A stretch of DNA of 63,779 bases, filler included, from Octopus bimaculoides (GCF_001194135.2; 9 parts of 8 records of this genome joined end to end with filler, not necessarily neighbours in it), one strand, 5' to 3'; positions 1 through 10,039 are shown, counted from the first letter of the whole stretch. Numbers and translations: made by a program. Notes: generated by a model not told the origin, from the sequence alone.

Positions 1-1830
1 TGGTGCTTTTCCCTGGCACGCACCCAAACTGCATCTCATCTAAACTGACCCTCTCCCTAATTAGTTGGGCTGTGACCCTCTCCGTGACTTTCATTACCTG
101 ATCCAACAACTTGATACCTCTATAATTATTTGTATCTAAAGCGTCACCTTTACATTTGTAGCAGTTGACTATAGTGCTGCTACACCAGTCATTGGGTATG
201 ACTCCTTTGTGTATCACCTGGTTAACAGTATGGGTGACTAGGCTGTAGCCGACACTGCCAGATATTTTGAGCATCTCTGCAGTGATTCCTGATGGGCCGG
301 GGGCTTTCCCTGTCTTCATACTCTTTATTGCTTTATCCATCATGGTACTGTCAACTCGGATAGTTTGTCCCTCTGTAGGGTCAACATGTGGCAGACTCTC
401 TTCCTCCCATTCATTCTCAGTATTAAGCAACCTTTCATAGTGGCGTCTCCAAACCTCTCTCTTTGTAGCCTCGTTTAGTGCAAGTGAACCATCATCCATG
501 CGGACACATTTCTCTCACAATTCTCTCTCACACTGTCTTGCAACACGAAATACCTCAAGTCTTTGGTCCTCATGGTGCAGAACATTGGCAAATTTTTTCT
601 TATCTGCTTCCCCTCTGGCTAAATAAACCTGTCTCCTAGCTTCCCTTCTGGCAGTCTGATACAATTCCCTGCTACTTTTGTTCTTCCAGTCCTTCCAAGC
701 CTGTTTCTTTTGTCTAATAGCCCTGTCAACCACATTGCTCCACCACCATGTTACTTTGGGTCAAGAGGGGATTTTGCACCAACCACAGATCTGGTCGGTG
801 GCTCTCAGCAGGTTGTCCCATAGAATCCTCCAATTGTCTTCCACATTGTGTGATAATATATCTCCTATATAATATATCTCCTCCGTCAAATGCTTCGAGC
901 AAGACATTTTTAAATCTCTGCCCATTTGCAGGATCTTTAAGCTTCCAAACCCTTCTCCTCCAAGCTGGTCTGCTTCTGGGCATCCATTTAGCCTTGATCC
1001 CGAAGTCGCTAACTGCTAATCTGTGTTGAGGGGTACATTCTTCACCTGCTTAGTCCTCTTTCCCTATTTCTGGCAAGAATGTAGTCAATTTGGCTAGTGT
1101 GTCTGCCGGAATGGTAGGTGACTAGGTGACAGGCCGGTTTCCTGAAGTTGGGATTGCAAACCATAAGATCATTTGCATCACAGAACTCCAGCAGTCTGGT
1201 TCCCTCCTCATTGCGGGAACCAAAACCGTAGCCTCCTGTACGCCATGGAAGCCCCCTGCATGACGTCCAACATGACCATCGAAATCAATAGCCACAAAGA
1301 GAAGGTCTCTGTCATCCGTCAATGAGGTAGTCTGCAAAGGGGTGTCATAGAATTGGTCTTTCTGCCCATCTGGTAGCCCCGGTTGAGGGGCATAGGCCAA
1401 AAGGACGGTAGCTACCCTATGGTGAAGCACCAATCTAATCTTAAGTACTCTGTCACATACTCTGACTACGTCGATTACCTTATCAACCCATTTCTCCGAA
1501 AGAAGTATTTCCATGCCCCCAACCCCGTCAGTGCCCCCAACCCCGTCAGTGCCCCCAACCCCGTCAGTGCNNNNNNNNNNNNNNNNNNNNNNNNNNNNNN
1601 NNNNNNNNNNNNNNNNNNNNNNNNNNNNATCTTGTACCTGTGTTCTTTGCCTGTGAGGAACATAGCGGAACCTCCTCTCCACCTTACTTCTTGGATGCAG
1701 CACAGATCTACGCGTCTCCATTCAAGCATCTCAACAATCTCACCAGACCTACCTTTCAGTGTGCCGATGTTGAGAGTGCCAATTCTGACGGTGTGGGTTA
1801 GGGTTAGTGTCCTGTACCTGAATATCCACC
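1..1830 (-). mobile_element. RTE-clade non-LTR retrotransposon (APE endonuclease plus start of RT), degraded, runs off the left edge
   Basis: Minus ORFs give RIGTLNIGTLKGRSGEIVEMLEWRRVDLCCIQEVRWRG (APE N-terminus) and AYAPQPG..KDQFYD..DFDGHVG. Manual translation of 200..1 gives IPNDWCSSTIVNCYKCKGDALDTNNYRGIKLLDQVMKVTERV..QFGCVPGKST (RT domain start). Confidence 0.92.
1516..1570. repeat. 18-bp tandem repeat (CCCCCAACCCCGTCAGTG x3) inside the RTE endonuclease, abutting an N gap
   Basis: Three copies read directly; translates as (GGTDGV)n on the minus strand. Confidence 0.9.
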
Positions 1831-1870
1831 TATATATATGGATATATATAGATATATATATATATATGTA

Positions 1871-1913
<43 letters not shown>

Positions 1914-1946
1914 TTTTGGTGCAAATGGTTTTGTTATTCGACGCTG

Positions 1947-2246
1947 TAATAATGGTATTTTTATAAAAGCTCAAAGTTTATGGTATTCACCGTGCAATGA
2001 CTAAGGAAAATAGTCTAATAACGGGGTATATAAGCCCTTGACAGAAAAAAGAAGGCTTTCCCATCCAAGTGTAAAGGTAACATACTTAGTCATGTTAACA
2101 AAGGGATGTGGATTCACGTCCCACACGGATGGGAAAGCCTTCTTTTTTCTGTCGAGGGCTTATATGCTCTGTTATTAGACTATTTTCCTTAGTCATTGCA
2201 TGGTGAACGGCATAAGCTTTAAGCTTATATAAAAATACCATTATTA
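1947..2246. mobile_element. 300-bp foldback/MITE-like element with roughly 110-bp inverted arms and a tRNA-like central loop
   Basis: TAATAATGGTATTTTT at 1947 mirrors AAAAATACCATTATTA ending 2246. Arms pair through GCAATGACTAAGGAAAATAGTCTAATAAC / GTTATTAGACTATTTTCCTTAGTCATTGC and GAAGGCTTTCCCATCC / GGATGGGAAAGCCTTC. Confidence 0.85.
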
Positions 2247-2334
2247 TTGTTTACAGGATTGTAAAATACACCACTATATATTAAAGCCATTCACACTGAA
2301 AGCATATATATATATATATATATATATATAGATT

Positions 2335-3100
2335 CAGGTGAATATGGTACTTAAGTTTAGGCACCAGAATTTAGTACGGTATCATCCATACAATTTCAAA
2401 GTAAGGTGATTAAAATCAAAATAAGCAACAAAGATATCCAGAGGTAATGCAGAACAATCGTTTCATGCAACTCCATTTAATTGAACAATATAATCATTAC
2501 ATCAATTTAAAATGCAGAGCAATCTTCAACTGCACAAAAACATAGAATTTAATTAAACTAGAACCGATGGACACACTAGTATAATGATACCTAAAATCTC
2601 CCATAGGTTAGGGAGACAGACAGAGAACATCTTGCTTTAGCCACACCATGGTAGCTAATAAATAAAATGTCAAAGCAGACTCTGCCGTTAACTGATTTTA
2701 TTTGTTTTTTTTTAGTTTAAATTTATAGACTATCATATCAAACCTTGTATATCTAAAGTTTAAGAAAATAAAGGGCATTATCTATTAGGGGTAGGGGTGA
2801 GAGAGCAGACAGAAATCATGGTTGATATAGTCATAAACCTATGAGGTTTGGTAAAGGAAAACTTAAAACAAGATGTTAGCTGACAATTAAGGGGTCGCCC
2901 ACTAGCAGATCATTGATAATGAAACAGGGGAAGTCATTATCATGTAGTACTATAGTTAAAAGTTTTAAAACAATGTTGCTATATTGTATACTGACAAAGT
3001 TTATGGCTATTCATACGGTTATTAATAAGAATATATTAACAAAAGGATAGAAATTTATGGATACTTTTTGCATATACCAAACTTACACCACAATAGAGGG
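2335..3100 (-). mobile_element. Possible ancient Penelope-like remnant (pseudo-LTR-like segment plus very degraded RT-like sequence)
   Basis: Hammerhead-like motif at 2534..2448. Weak RT-like peptides (GRPLIVS; TLDIQGL) on the minus strand at about 2900-2740, broken by stops and frameshifts. Confidence 0.3.
2448..2534 (-). ncRNA. Degenerate type-I hammerhead-ribozyme-like motif
   Basis: Minus strand: UGCAG-UUGAAGA-(long stem II/loop, UUGC..GCAU)-GAAAC-GAUU-GUU-CUGCA. Stem I UGCAG/CUGCA is a perfect 5-bp pair. Core C3 is U. Confidence 0.45.
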
Positions 3101-3175
3101 AGGAAAAGAAAAGAAAATTATTCAGAAATAGTTTAATATTTATATATATTGTACACTTAAAAAACTAACAAGAAG

Positions 3176-3817
3176 ATGGCTCAGAAGGTGGGCGGTGATG
3201 TGAAGTTGTCACTCCCCAAAGGAATTATGGAGAGGATGGAGAAGAAAACGATCACCTATAAGGTGTACTCGTTGAAAGGTAAAAAGGCAGAACAGGTGGA
3301 GGCAGAAATGGAAAAGGCACTGAGGGAACGAACAAAGGAGATAATGTACATAACCAAAGGAAGAAGATATGAGACAATGGTTGTCCAATTTAAGACAGTA
3401 GAGAAGGCAAGGAGGCTGGCGAGTGTGGCGGTGAAAACAGAGGAAGTAGTACTTCTGCCCACATACCTTGGAAGAAAGACTTCCAAGGTGAGAGTAGAAG
3501 CAATTCCATCAGATATAGAAGTACCTTGGGTAGTGGCAGCTGTCCTTGTTGGAAGTGAGGAGAAGGTGGCTGTCCTCCAAGCCACAGAAATGGAAGAAGG
3601 AGGGTGGAAAGGAAAGACACTAAAACTCATTATTCAGACGGAGGAGGGTCAACTGGAGAACTTGGCAGAGACGGTGATGTTGGGGGAAATCGTGCTGAGG
3701 GTGTGGGTAGAGGGCAGAGTACCATGTTGTTTGAAATGTGGCCAAAAGGGCCACACATTAGAGCATACTGCCCTCTACAGAGGACAATGGCTGAGGAAAC
3801 AGTTGTAGGGACAGAAG
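3176..3817 (+). pseudogene. ORF1 (gag-like, CCHC zinc knuckle) of a Tx1/L1-like retroelement, with a 2-bp frameshift in the knuckle
   Basis: VEGRVPCCLKCGQKGH continues as IRAYCP in the shifted frame (an extra AC at about 3753), giving CX2CX4HX4C. Aligns by eye with the ORF1 at 40.5-41.3 kb (PTYLGR, W.G, V.VEGR.P.C..CG.K.H....CP). Confidence 0.8.
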
Positions 3818-4125
3818 NNNNNNNNNNNNNNNNNNNNNNNNNNNNNNNNNNNNNNNNNNNNNNNNNNNNNNNNNNNNNNNNNNNNNNNNNNNNNNNNNNN
3901 NNNNNNNNNNNNNNNNNNNNNNNNNNNNNNNNNNNNNNNNNNNNNNNNNNNNNNNNNNNNNNNNNNNNNNNNNNNNNNNNNNNNNNNNNNNNNNNNNNNN
4001 NNNNNNNNNNNNNNNNNNNNNNNNNNNNNNNNNNNNNNNNNNNNNNNNNNNNNNNNNNNNNNNNNNNNNNNNNNNNNNNNNNNNNNNNNNNNNNNNNNNN
4101 NNNNNNNNNNNNNNNNNNNNNNNNN

Positions 4126-4450
4126 AGGTTACGAATGCATAGCAGAGAGAATGATGTCACTAAGTGACGGGGAAAGGGGGAAAAGGATTGGACTGAAGGA
4201 GAAAAAGGACTTAGGACCCAGAGGCGGCGAGTGGTGTTACTCAGTGTGGGGTGAGTAGCACACCCTTCATAATATCATTTTCAGATATCATTCATGTTAT
4301 CATATTTTAATTTGTTTTTCATGTTCATTTTCATGTGTCATTCATTATATCATATTTTATTTTTATATTTTAAATTGTTATATGTCCTCACATGTGTTGT
4401 TGTGTCCCCTCTGTGTAATGCCTTTATGGCAATTTAAAAGAAATAAAGAA
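4126..4450 (+). mobile_element. Probable 3' UTR/tail of the ORF1-bearing element
   Basis: T-rich tract followed by AATGCCTTTATGGCAATTTAAAAGAAATAAA (hairpin plus AATAAA), as at L1/Tx1-type 3' ends. No ORF2 sequence is visible. Confidence 0.5.
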
Positions 4451-4838
4451 GCTTGCTTCCCAATCATTTGGTTCCAGGTTCAATCCCACTGTATGACACC
4501 ATGGGCAAGTGTCTTCTACTATAGCTGTAGGTCAACTAAAACCTTGTGAGTGGATTTGATAAACAGAAACTGAAAGAAGCCCATTGTATATGTGTGTGTG
4601 TATGTGTATGCGTATCTATGTGTGTGTCTTTGTGTCTGTGTTTGTCCCCCCACCACCACTTGACAACCAGTGCTAGTGTGTTTATGTCCCTGTAACTTGG
4701 TGGTTCAGCAAAAAGAGACTGATAGAATAAGTACTAGGCTTCAAAAAAATCCTGGGATCGATTTGTTCAACTAAAACTCTTCAAGGCAGTGTCCCAGCAT
4801 GGCCACAGTTAAATGACTGAAACAAGTAAAAGAAAAGA
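4451..4838 (+). mobile_element. SINE family A (tRNA-derived, internal (TG)n), 5'-truncated
   Basis: Degraded B-box GGTTCAATCCC, GGGCAAGTGTCTTCTACTATAG body and GCATGGCCACAG..TGACTGAAACAAGTAAAAG tail. Several homologous copies in the window. Confidence 0.85.
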
Positions 4839-4959
4839 AACCCTATTAAACTGTACTTTGAGATAAAAGAAAACAGATCCTATTCACTATAAATGTTTTC
4901 TGCAATCTCACCTGGGAACAATGCAGCACTGGATTGCTAATTAGCAACTCAAGCTATCA

Positions 4960-5690
4960 GTAGAAAAGTTCACCACTATGCATTTTGAGAGAGAAAACCT
5001 GGAATTTTCCTACTCCTTCAGCTACATCAACATTAAGAAGTCAGCTGGTAACCTCAAAAAATATTACTAGGTTACTAAGCATTATTACTAAGCATTATTA
5101 CTAAGCATTATTACTAAGCATTATTACTAAGCATTATTATCAACAACGATAAGTGTTGGATAAACCACATTTCTAAAATTGTCAAAAAGGCCATGTGTCA
5201 CAGCATCACTCAGTATGACTTCTCTCAGTCATTCACAGCTATATATTTAAAGCTATATATAGCTATAGAAGGTCCATGCTGTGAGTTTTGCATCACTAGT
5301 TTTGAATAGCCATTTGTTTAGAAAGCTATCCAGAAATATGCAATCAGACAAATACTCTGTCAGTCACTTATCATATCTTGAATGTTTTGCTTCTCTGAAC
5401 ATTGACACATTAAAGTCTCAGCACCAACCAGCTGACTTAGTAGAAGCCAACAATATTATTAACCATCTCTCCAACAGCCACTTTGAATTCAATAGCTCTA
5501 TCACCTGTGGATATGCTTATAAAATCAAAAATGAGCACAGTTCCAAAACTTCTGGAAGCATATTTTCATGCTCAGAATTCTTTAATGCAAGAAATAAACT
5601 ATCGACATTGGTTGTTAACTGTCAAAATACTGCATCATTAAAAAATTCCATGTTCCCTGAAATTTACCAATGCTACTTTTGACGTACCTA
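4960..5690 (+). mobile_element. Ancient CR1/L2-like LINE 3' RT fragment
   Basis: Degenerate peptides: YLKLYIAI..EFAS, SYLECFASLNIDTLK..ADLVEANNII, CGYAYKIK..FFNARNKL. These match the layout of the CR1-group C-terminal RT region. Confidence 0.5.
5072..5139. repeat. 13-bp tandem repeat (TTACTAAGCATTA x5)
   Basis: Five identical adjacent copies, no spacers. Confidence 0.95.
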
Positions 5691-5989
5691 TTTTCCATTT
5701 CCTCTTTATGATGCTTTTACTGTTCACTTTTGTGCCTCTTGTGTTTTATCCTGAGCACTGTGCATGCACTTTTGGTTGTCATTATTGTCTTTCTTTACTT
5801 AACTTATTGCTTCATTCTGTCCCCTCTTTTATCTTTTTTTTTTTTTGAGCACTGTATACAATAAAAGTTCATTACTATTATTAAATCATACTTTACTGTC
5901 TTAAATCAACATGATAATATACCATGTAATTCTGAGATGTACAAGACATGCCAGGAGTGTAAATAAAAGAGATGTGCATCAACAACCTT

Positions 5990-6620
5990 TAGATCTATGA
6001 TACTGCCTTATTAACTATTCATGGAGATGATTTGCAAGAAGTTTGCAACTATAGTAAATGGCAAAAGAAAATCCTATGGAACTGAATAAAAAAAAAAAGA
6101 AAAACAATAATAATTTCCAAAAATGAATATTACCATTAAGGGAATGCCAAAAAAATGTACCTTGGATACATGTAACCAGAAAATGGGATATTTAAGCCAA
6201 AGTCAAAAGAAAAATTGAGACAGTTAGAAAGTCATTTGAAAATATGTCAACCATATTAATATCAAACATCAGAAAAAGATTATCAAAATGTTATATATGG
6301 CCAACTTCATACATAAAATTTACAGAATGAAAAAGACAAAAAAAGAGATACAAATGAAAGTATTATCAAATACTATATAGTACTGATGTGGACAGTTATG
6401 AAAATATAAACAAATAGATTACAGGCTTTTGAGATATGGACAAATAGATGACTCTTGTGAATATGGACAAATAGATGACTACTAAAAATCGCTAAAAAGA
6501 GAAAAACAAGAAAATTTTGTTGGACACTATGAAAGAGAAAACTAAAATATTTTGGATATTTAGGCAAAAAATTGGGTTAAAGAGATTTTTAATAGAAGGT
6601 AAAGAGAAATAAGAGGAACT
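5990..6620 (+). mobile_element. Ancient RTE-like RT C-terminal fragment
   Basis: Degenerate peptides across frames: DTALL, YLG, RLQAFEIW, LLDTMK.KLKYFG. Local duplication of ATATGGACAAATAGATGACT at about 6433 and 6461. Confidence 0.5.
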
Positions 6621-6821
6621 TCAAGAATTACATATGTGAATAAATAACATAGGACAACAATTTTTTAAAAATTTTCTGTTGCATGAGTTTTGCTGTTCAT
6701 GCTTGAGTTTTCTTGAAATTTGAAGATTAACTTTTTATAGATTTATAGTTAATTTTGACATATTGAGATACATATAGCCTACTTACAAAGTATTGATAAT
6801 TGTGTTTTTTCAGATCTGATC

Positions 6822-8530
6822 ATGGTTTCTTCAAGTAAGCATAGATGTGTGAATAATCCTGATGGCTTCTGTTATGTCTGTGGTTCCTTCACACTTATTC
6901 ATCAAAGGTGCAATATTATATTGTTTGTGAGCAGGCTTATAAAGCCTATTTTGGAATTCTCCTAGGTGATCAAGACACAAAAGGGGACCCTCATGTTGTG
7001 TGTCATAACTGTGAGGAAATGCTTCATGACCGGACAAAAGGAAAATGAAAAGGCCAGCCATTTGGAGTTCCTATGGTTTGGCAAGAGCCCAGGGGTCAGA
7101 CAAGTGACTGTTATTTTTGTATGGTCAACACAAAAAACATTGGCAAGAAAAATAGGAGTAAAATATCTTATCCCAATATTCCTTTAGCAATTAGACCTAT
7201 TGTGCACTCTGAAACACTCCCAATTCCAGTTTTTCTTGGCTTTACCTCTTCTAAAGATGAAGCTAGCAAACAAGAATATGAGAATGATAGCAAAGATCAA
7301 CAAATTATTTCAGAATCCCAAGACTTCTCTTATGGTACTGAAAAATCAGCTCCTCAACAGTTTAGTTAAACAGAATTGAATGATTTAATGCATGATTTGG
7401 GACTCTCCAAGACTGCAGCTGCAGTTCTAACATCCAGGTTGCAAGAAAAACATCTACTCGATCAAACTGAAAAAGTTTCTTATTTTCTAAAATGAGACCA
7501 GATTTTTGTATAATTTTTTTCAGAAGGGAAACATTTTGTTTACTGTCCTGATATTCCCAGTCTCCTCCAGGAATTAGGAATTTCCTTGTACAGTTCAAAT
7601 GACTGGCAACTATTTCTAGATATTTCTAAGTCCAGCCTAAAGTGTGTTCTCCCACACAATGGTAATGTTTATGGAGCTGTCTCAGTTGGTCACTCAGTGC
7701 ATCTGTAAGAAGAATACAATGACATAAAAATGGTTATTGACCAACTAAAATATCATGAGCAAAACTGGACCATTTATGTAGATTTGAAAATAATCAATTT
7801 TCTTCGTGGCCAACAGAAAGATTTCACAAAGTATCCTTGCTGTCTCTGCATGTGGGACAGCTGAGCTCGAGAGAAACACTGGATTCAGAAGAAGTGGCCC
7901 ATTTGTGAGACTCTGGAAGCAGGTGTACCAAATATTGTGAATGATCCAATTGTTAGCCGAGAAAAGATTATTTTCCCACTGCTTCATATAAAGCTGGGCT
8001 TGATGAAGCAATTCACTAAGGCATTGGATACTGATGGTGAATGTTTTCAACATATAGTTTCTGCATTTCTTGGTTTGTCATTCAAGAAGATCAAAGCAAG
8101 TGTGTTTGACAGACTTTAGATTCATGCCCTTGTATGTGATGACGAATTTGTCAGAAAGATGAACGACAGGGAAAGAGCAGCATAGCTGTCATTTGTAGCA
8201 GTCATAGAAAATTTTCTTGAAAACAGAAAAATAAATAACTATGAAATTCTTGTAAATAATATGCTGTCAGCTTTCCATGATCTTGCGTGTAGCATGAGCG
8301 TTAAACTCCATTTATTCCACAGTCACATTGATCAGTTCCCTGAAAATCTTGGAGATGTAAGAGATAAACAGGGAGAGTGCTTCCACCAAGACCTCAGGAC
8401 CATGGAAGAGCATTATCAAGGGTGATGGGACAAAAACATGACAACAGACTACTTCTGGAGCATTAAACAAGATTTACTTAACAAAATCTACAAATGCAAG
8501 AGCTTCAAGCACAAATTCTTTCCTGGATAA
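6822..8530 (+). pseudogene. Near-full-length Chapaev (CMC superfamily, Chapaev3-like) DNA transposase pseudogene
   Basis: ATG 6822 (after TTTTTTCAG). Motifs FCYVCG, HVVCHNC, PMVWQEP..DCYFC, SLKCVL.HNGN, VDLKII.FL.GQQ..FTKYPC.LC.WDS, LHIKLGLMKQF.KAL, MSVKLH..HSH.D.FPENLG, QGECFHQD, ending FFPG-TAA at 8530. Multiple stops and frameshifts. No TIRs identified. Confidence 0.78.
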
Positions 8531-8596
8531 GATCTGTTTGTGTTTTATCTTCCGTCCTGATCAGCTTTTCAATTATGTACACCTATCATTTATATA

Positions 8597-8621
8597 TCTA
8601 TATATATAAAAATGAGAATGT

Positions 8622-8665
<44 letters not shown>

Positions 8666-9110
8666 CCCTAAAACTTGAGAACTACGCAACCAATTTCATT
8701 CAAATTTTACACATGCCTTACTTAGGGTTCCAGTTGTGTTTTAGTAAAAAAAATTAACTTCTTGCAGAGTTCGAGCACACGGCAACATAATATCTCCTCC
8801 ACTATTTAAGTATTACGTGTCAAAAGTGAAACAAAAACACTCATGTCAAATACTTTCACTTTAAAAATGAAACTATTCCGCTAACTGAAACAATCACATT
8901 TCGATACTGTAGTGACAGATACTTTCACAGAGAGAGAAAGAGAGAAAGAGAGAGACAGAAAGAGAGAGAGAGAGACAGAAAGAGAGAGATAGAGACAGAA
9001 AGAGAGAGAGAGAGACAGAAAGAGAGAGAGAGAGAGGTGCATATGTATACATATACATGTATATGTACACCATTTCAATACTGTAATGACAGATACTTTC
9101 AGAGAGAGAG
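8597..9110 (+). mobile_element. Possible non-autonomous Helitron-like element, 5' portion
   Basis: Begins A|TCTATATATATAAAAATGAG, then (TG)n and CAACCAATTTCATTCAAATTTTACAC. Internal direct repeat CATTTCRATACTGTARTGACAGATACTTTCA at about 8897 and 9071, separated by (GA)n. No 3' CTRR end seen (contig ends). Confidence 0.4.
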
Positions 9111-9162
9111 AGAGAGAAAGAGAGAAAGAGAGAGAGAAAGAGAAAGAGAGAGAGAAAGAGAG

Positions 9163-9262
9163 NNNNNNNNNNNNNNNNNNNNNNNNNNNNNNNNNNNNNN
9201 NNNNNNTTAATTAATTAANNNNNNNNNNNNNNNNNNNNNNNNNNNNNNNNNNNNNNNNNNNN
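9163..9262. other. Artificial assembly linker (44 N + TTAATTAATTAA + 44 N); also at 15183-15282, 23447-23546, 28188-28287, 38304-38403, 45489-45588, 51384-51483, 58737-58836
   Basis: Identical 100-bp construct eight times; the 12-mer places stops in all six frames. Confidence 0.95.
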
Positions 9263-9338
9263 CATTATTTACATTTGACGGATATTTGTCCTCATCTTGT
9301 TTGTTGTCAACACAACGTTTCGGCTGATATACCCTCCA
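9263..9338 (-). mobile_element. SINE family B, inverted 3' arm (truncated inside the hammerhead stem II loop)
   Basis: Reverse complement matches about 9512-9587 of the adjacent plus copy, including the GTTGACAAC variant. Confidence 0.9.
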
Positions 9339-9340
9339 CG

Positions 9341-9594
9341 GGCATATGGCGTAGTGGTTAAGAGCGCGGGCTACTAACCCCAAGGTTCCGAGTTCGATTC
9401 ACGGCAGCGACCTGATAAATAATAGTAATAATAATAATAATATAATAATAGTAACATCGTTACGAATGAGAACCCAGGTTCGAAATTTCCCCAAGACACC
9501 TGACGAAGGCTGGAGGGTATATCAGCCGAAACGTTGTGTTGACAACAAACAAGATGAGGACAAATATCCGTCAAATGTAAATAATGTAAATAAT
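9341..9594 (+). mobile_element. SINE family B: tRNA head, (TAA)n spacer, hammerhead-containing body
   Basis: A-box TGGCGTAGTGG 9347-9357, B-box GAGTTCGATTC 9390-9400, loop CT-ACT-AA (Ser-like). No TTTT run on the sense strand. Ends in (GTAAATAAT)2. Confidence 0.9.
9495..9540 (+). ncRNA. Minimal type-I hammerhead ribozyme motif, core intact
   Basis: Stem I GACAC(9495-99)/GUGUU(9536-40); CUGACGA 9500-06; extra A; stem II GGCUG/CAGCC; GAAA 9528-31; palindromic ACGU helix III; GUU cleavage triplet (cut after 9535). Confidence 0.75.
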
Positions 9595-10039
9595 GATGAT
9601 ATGATATTACAAATTTATATGCATTACATTAAAAATGTGTACATTACAAAAAGATATGTACATATACTATATCAAAAAAACCGTACAATACATAGGTAAT
9701 GTTAAAAGTTTCCATCTTCGGACCGTTTCTGAGATGTGTCTATGGTGTAGTACTCGTATCATAATGTATTGTCTTAAATTGTTAAATATTTTTATACAAC
9801 TTGGAAACTGTGCATGTTTATAAATATTTTAAAATAAATATTTTAAACATTCATGATATTTCTGAAGTTTATATCATTGTATATGCCTGTGTATTTTATT
9901 TTATCTTATCTTACTTTTTAGATAGTTTAGAGACTTAAAACTATATATTTATTGATTCTAGAATGGTTTGAACACACACATATATATCAAATCGTAATCA
10001 TATATTGGTTATCCAAAAAAGGAAAAAAAGAATCTTACA

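Noticed and set aside
9207-9218. TTAATTAATTAA as a biological motif or piggyBac footprint
   Set aside because: It is always centred in exactly 44+44 N; an artificial linker.
9341-9415. SINE heads (also 25868, 28776, 43965) as functional tRNA genes
   Set aside because: Acceptor stems are incomplete and each continues into a repeated SINE body.
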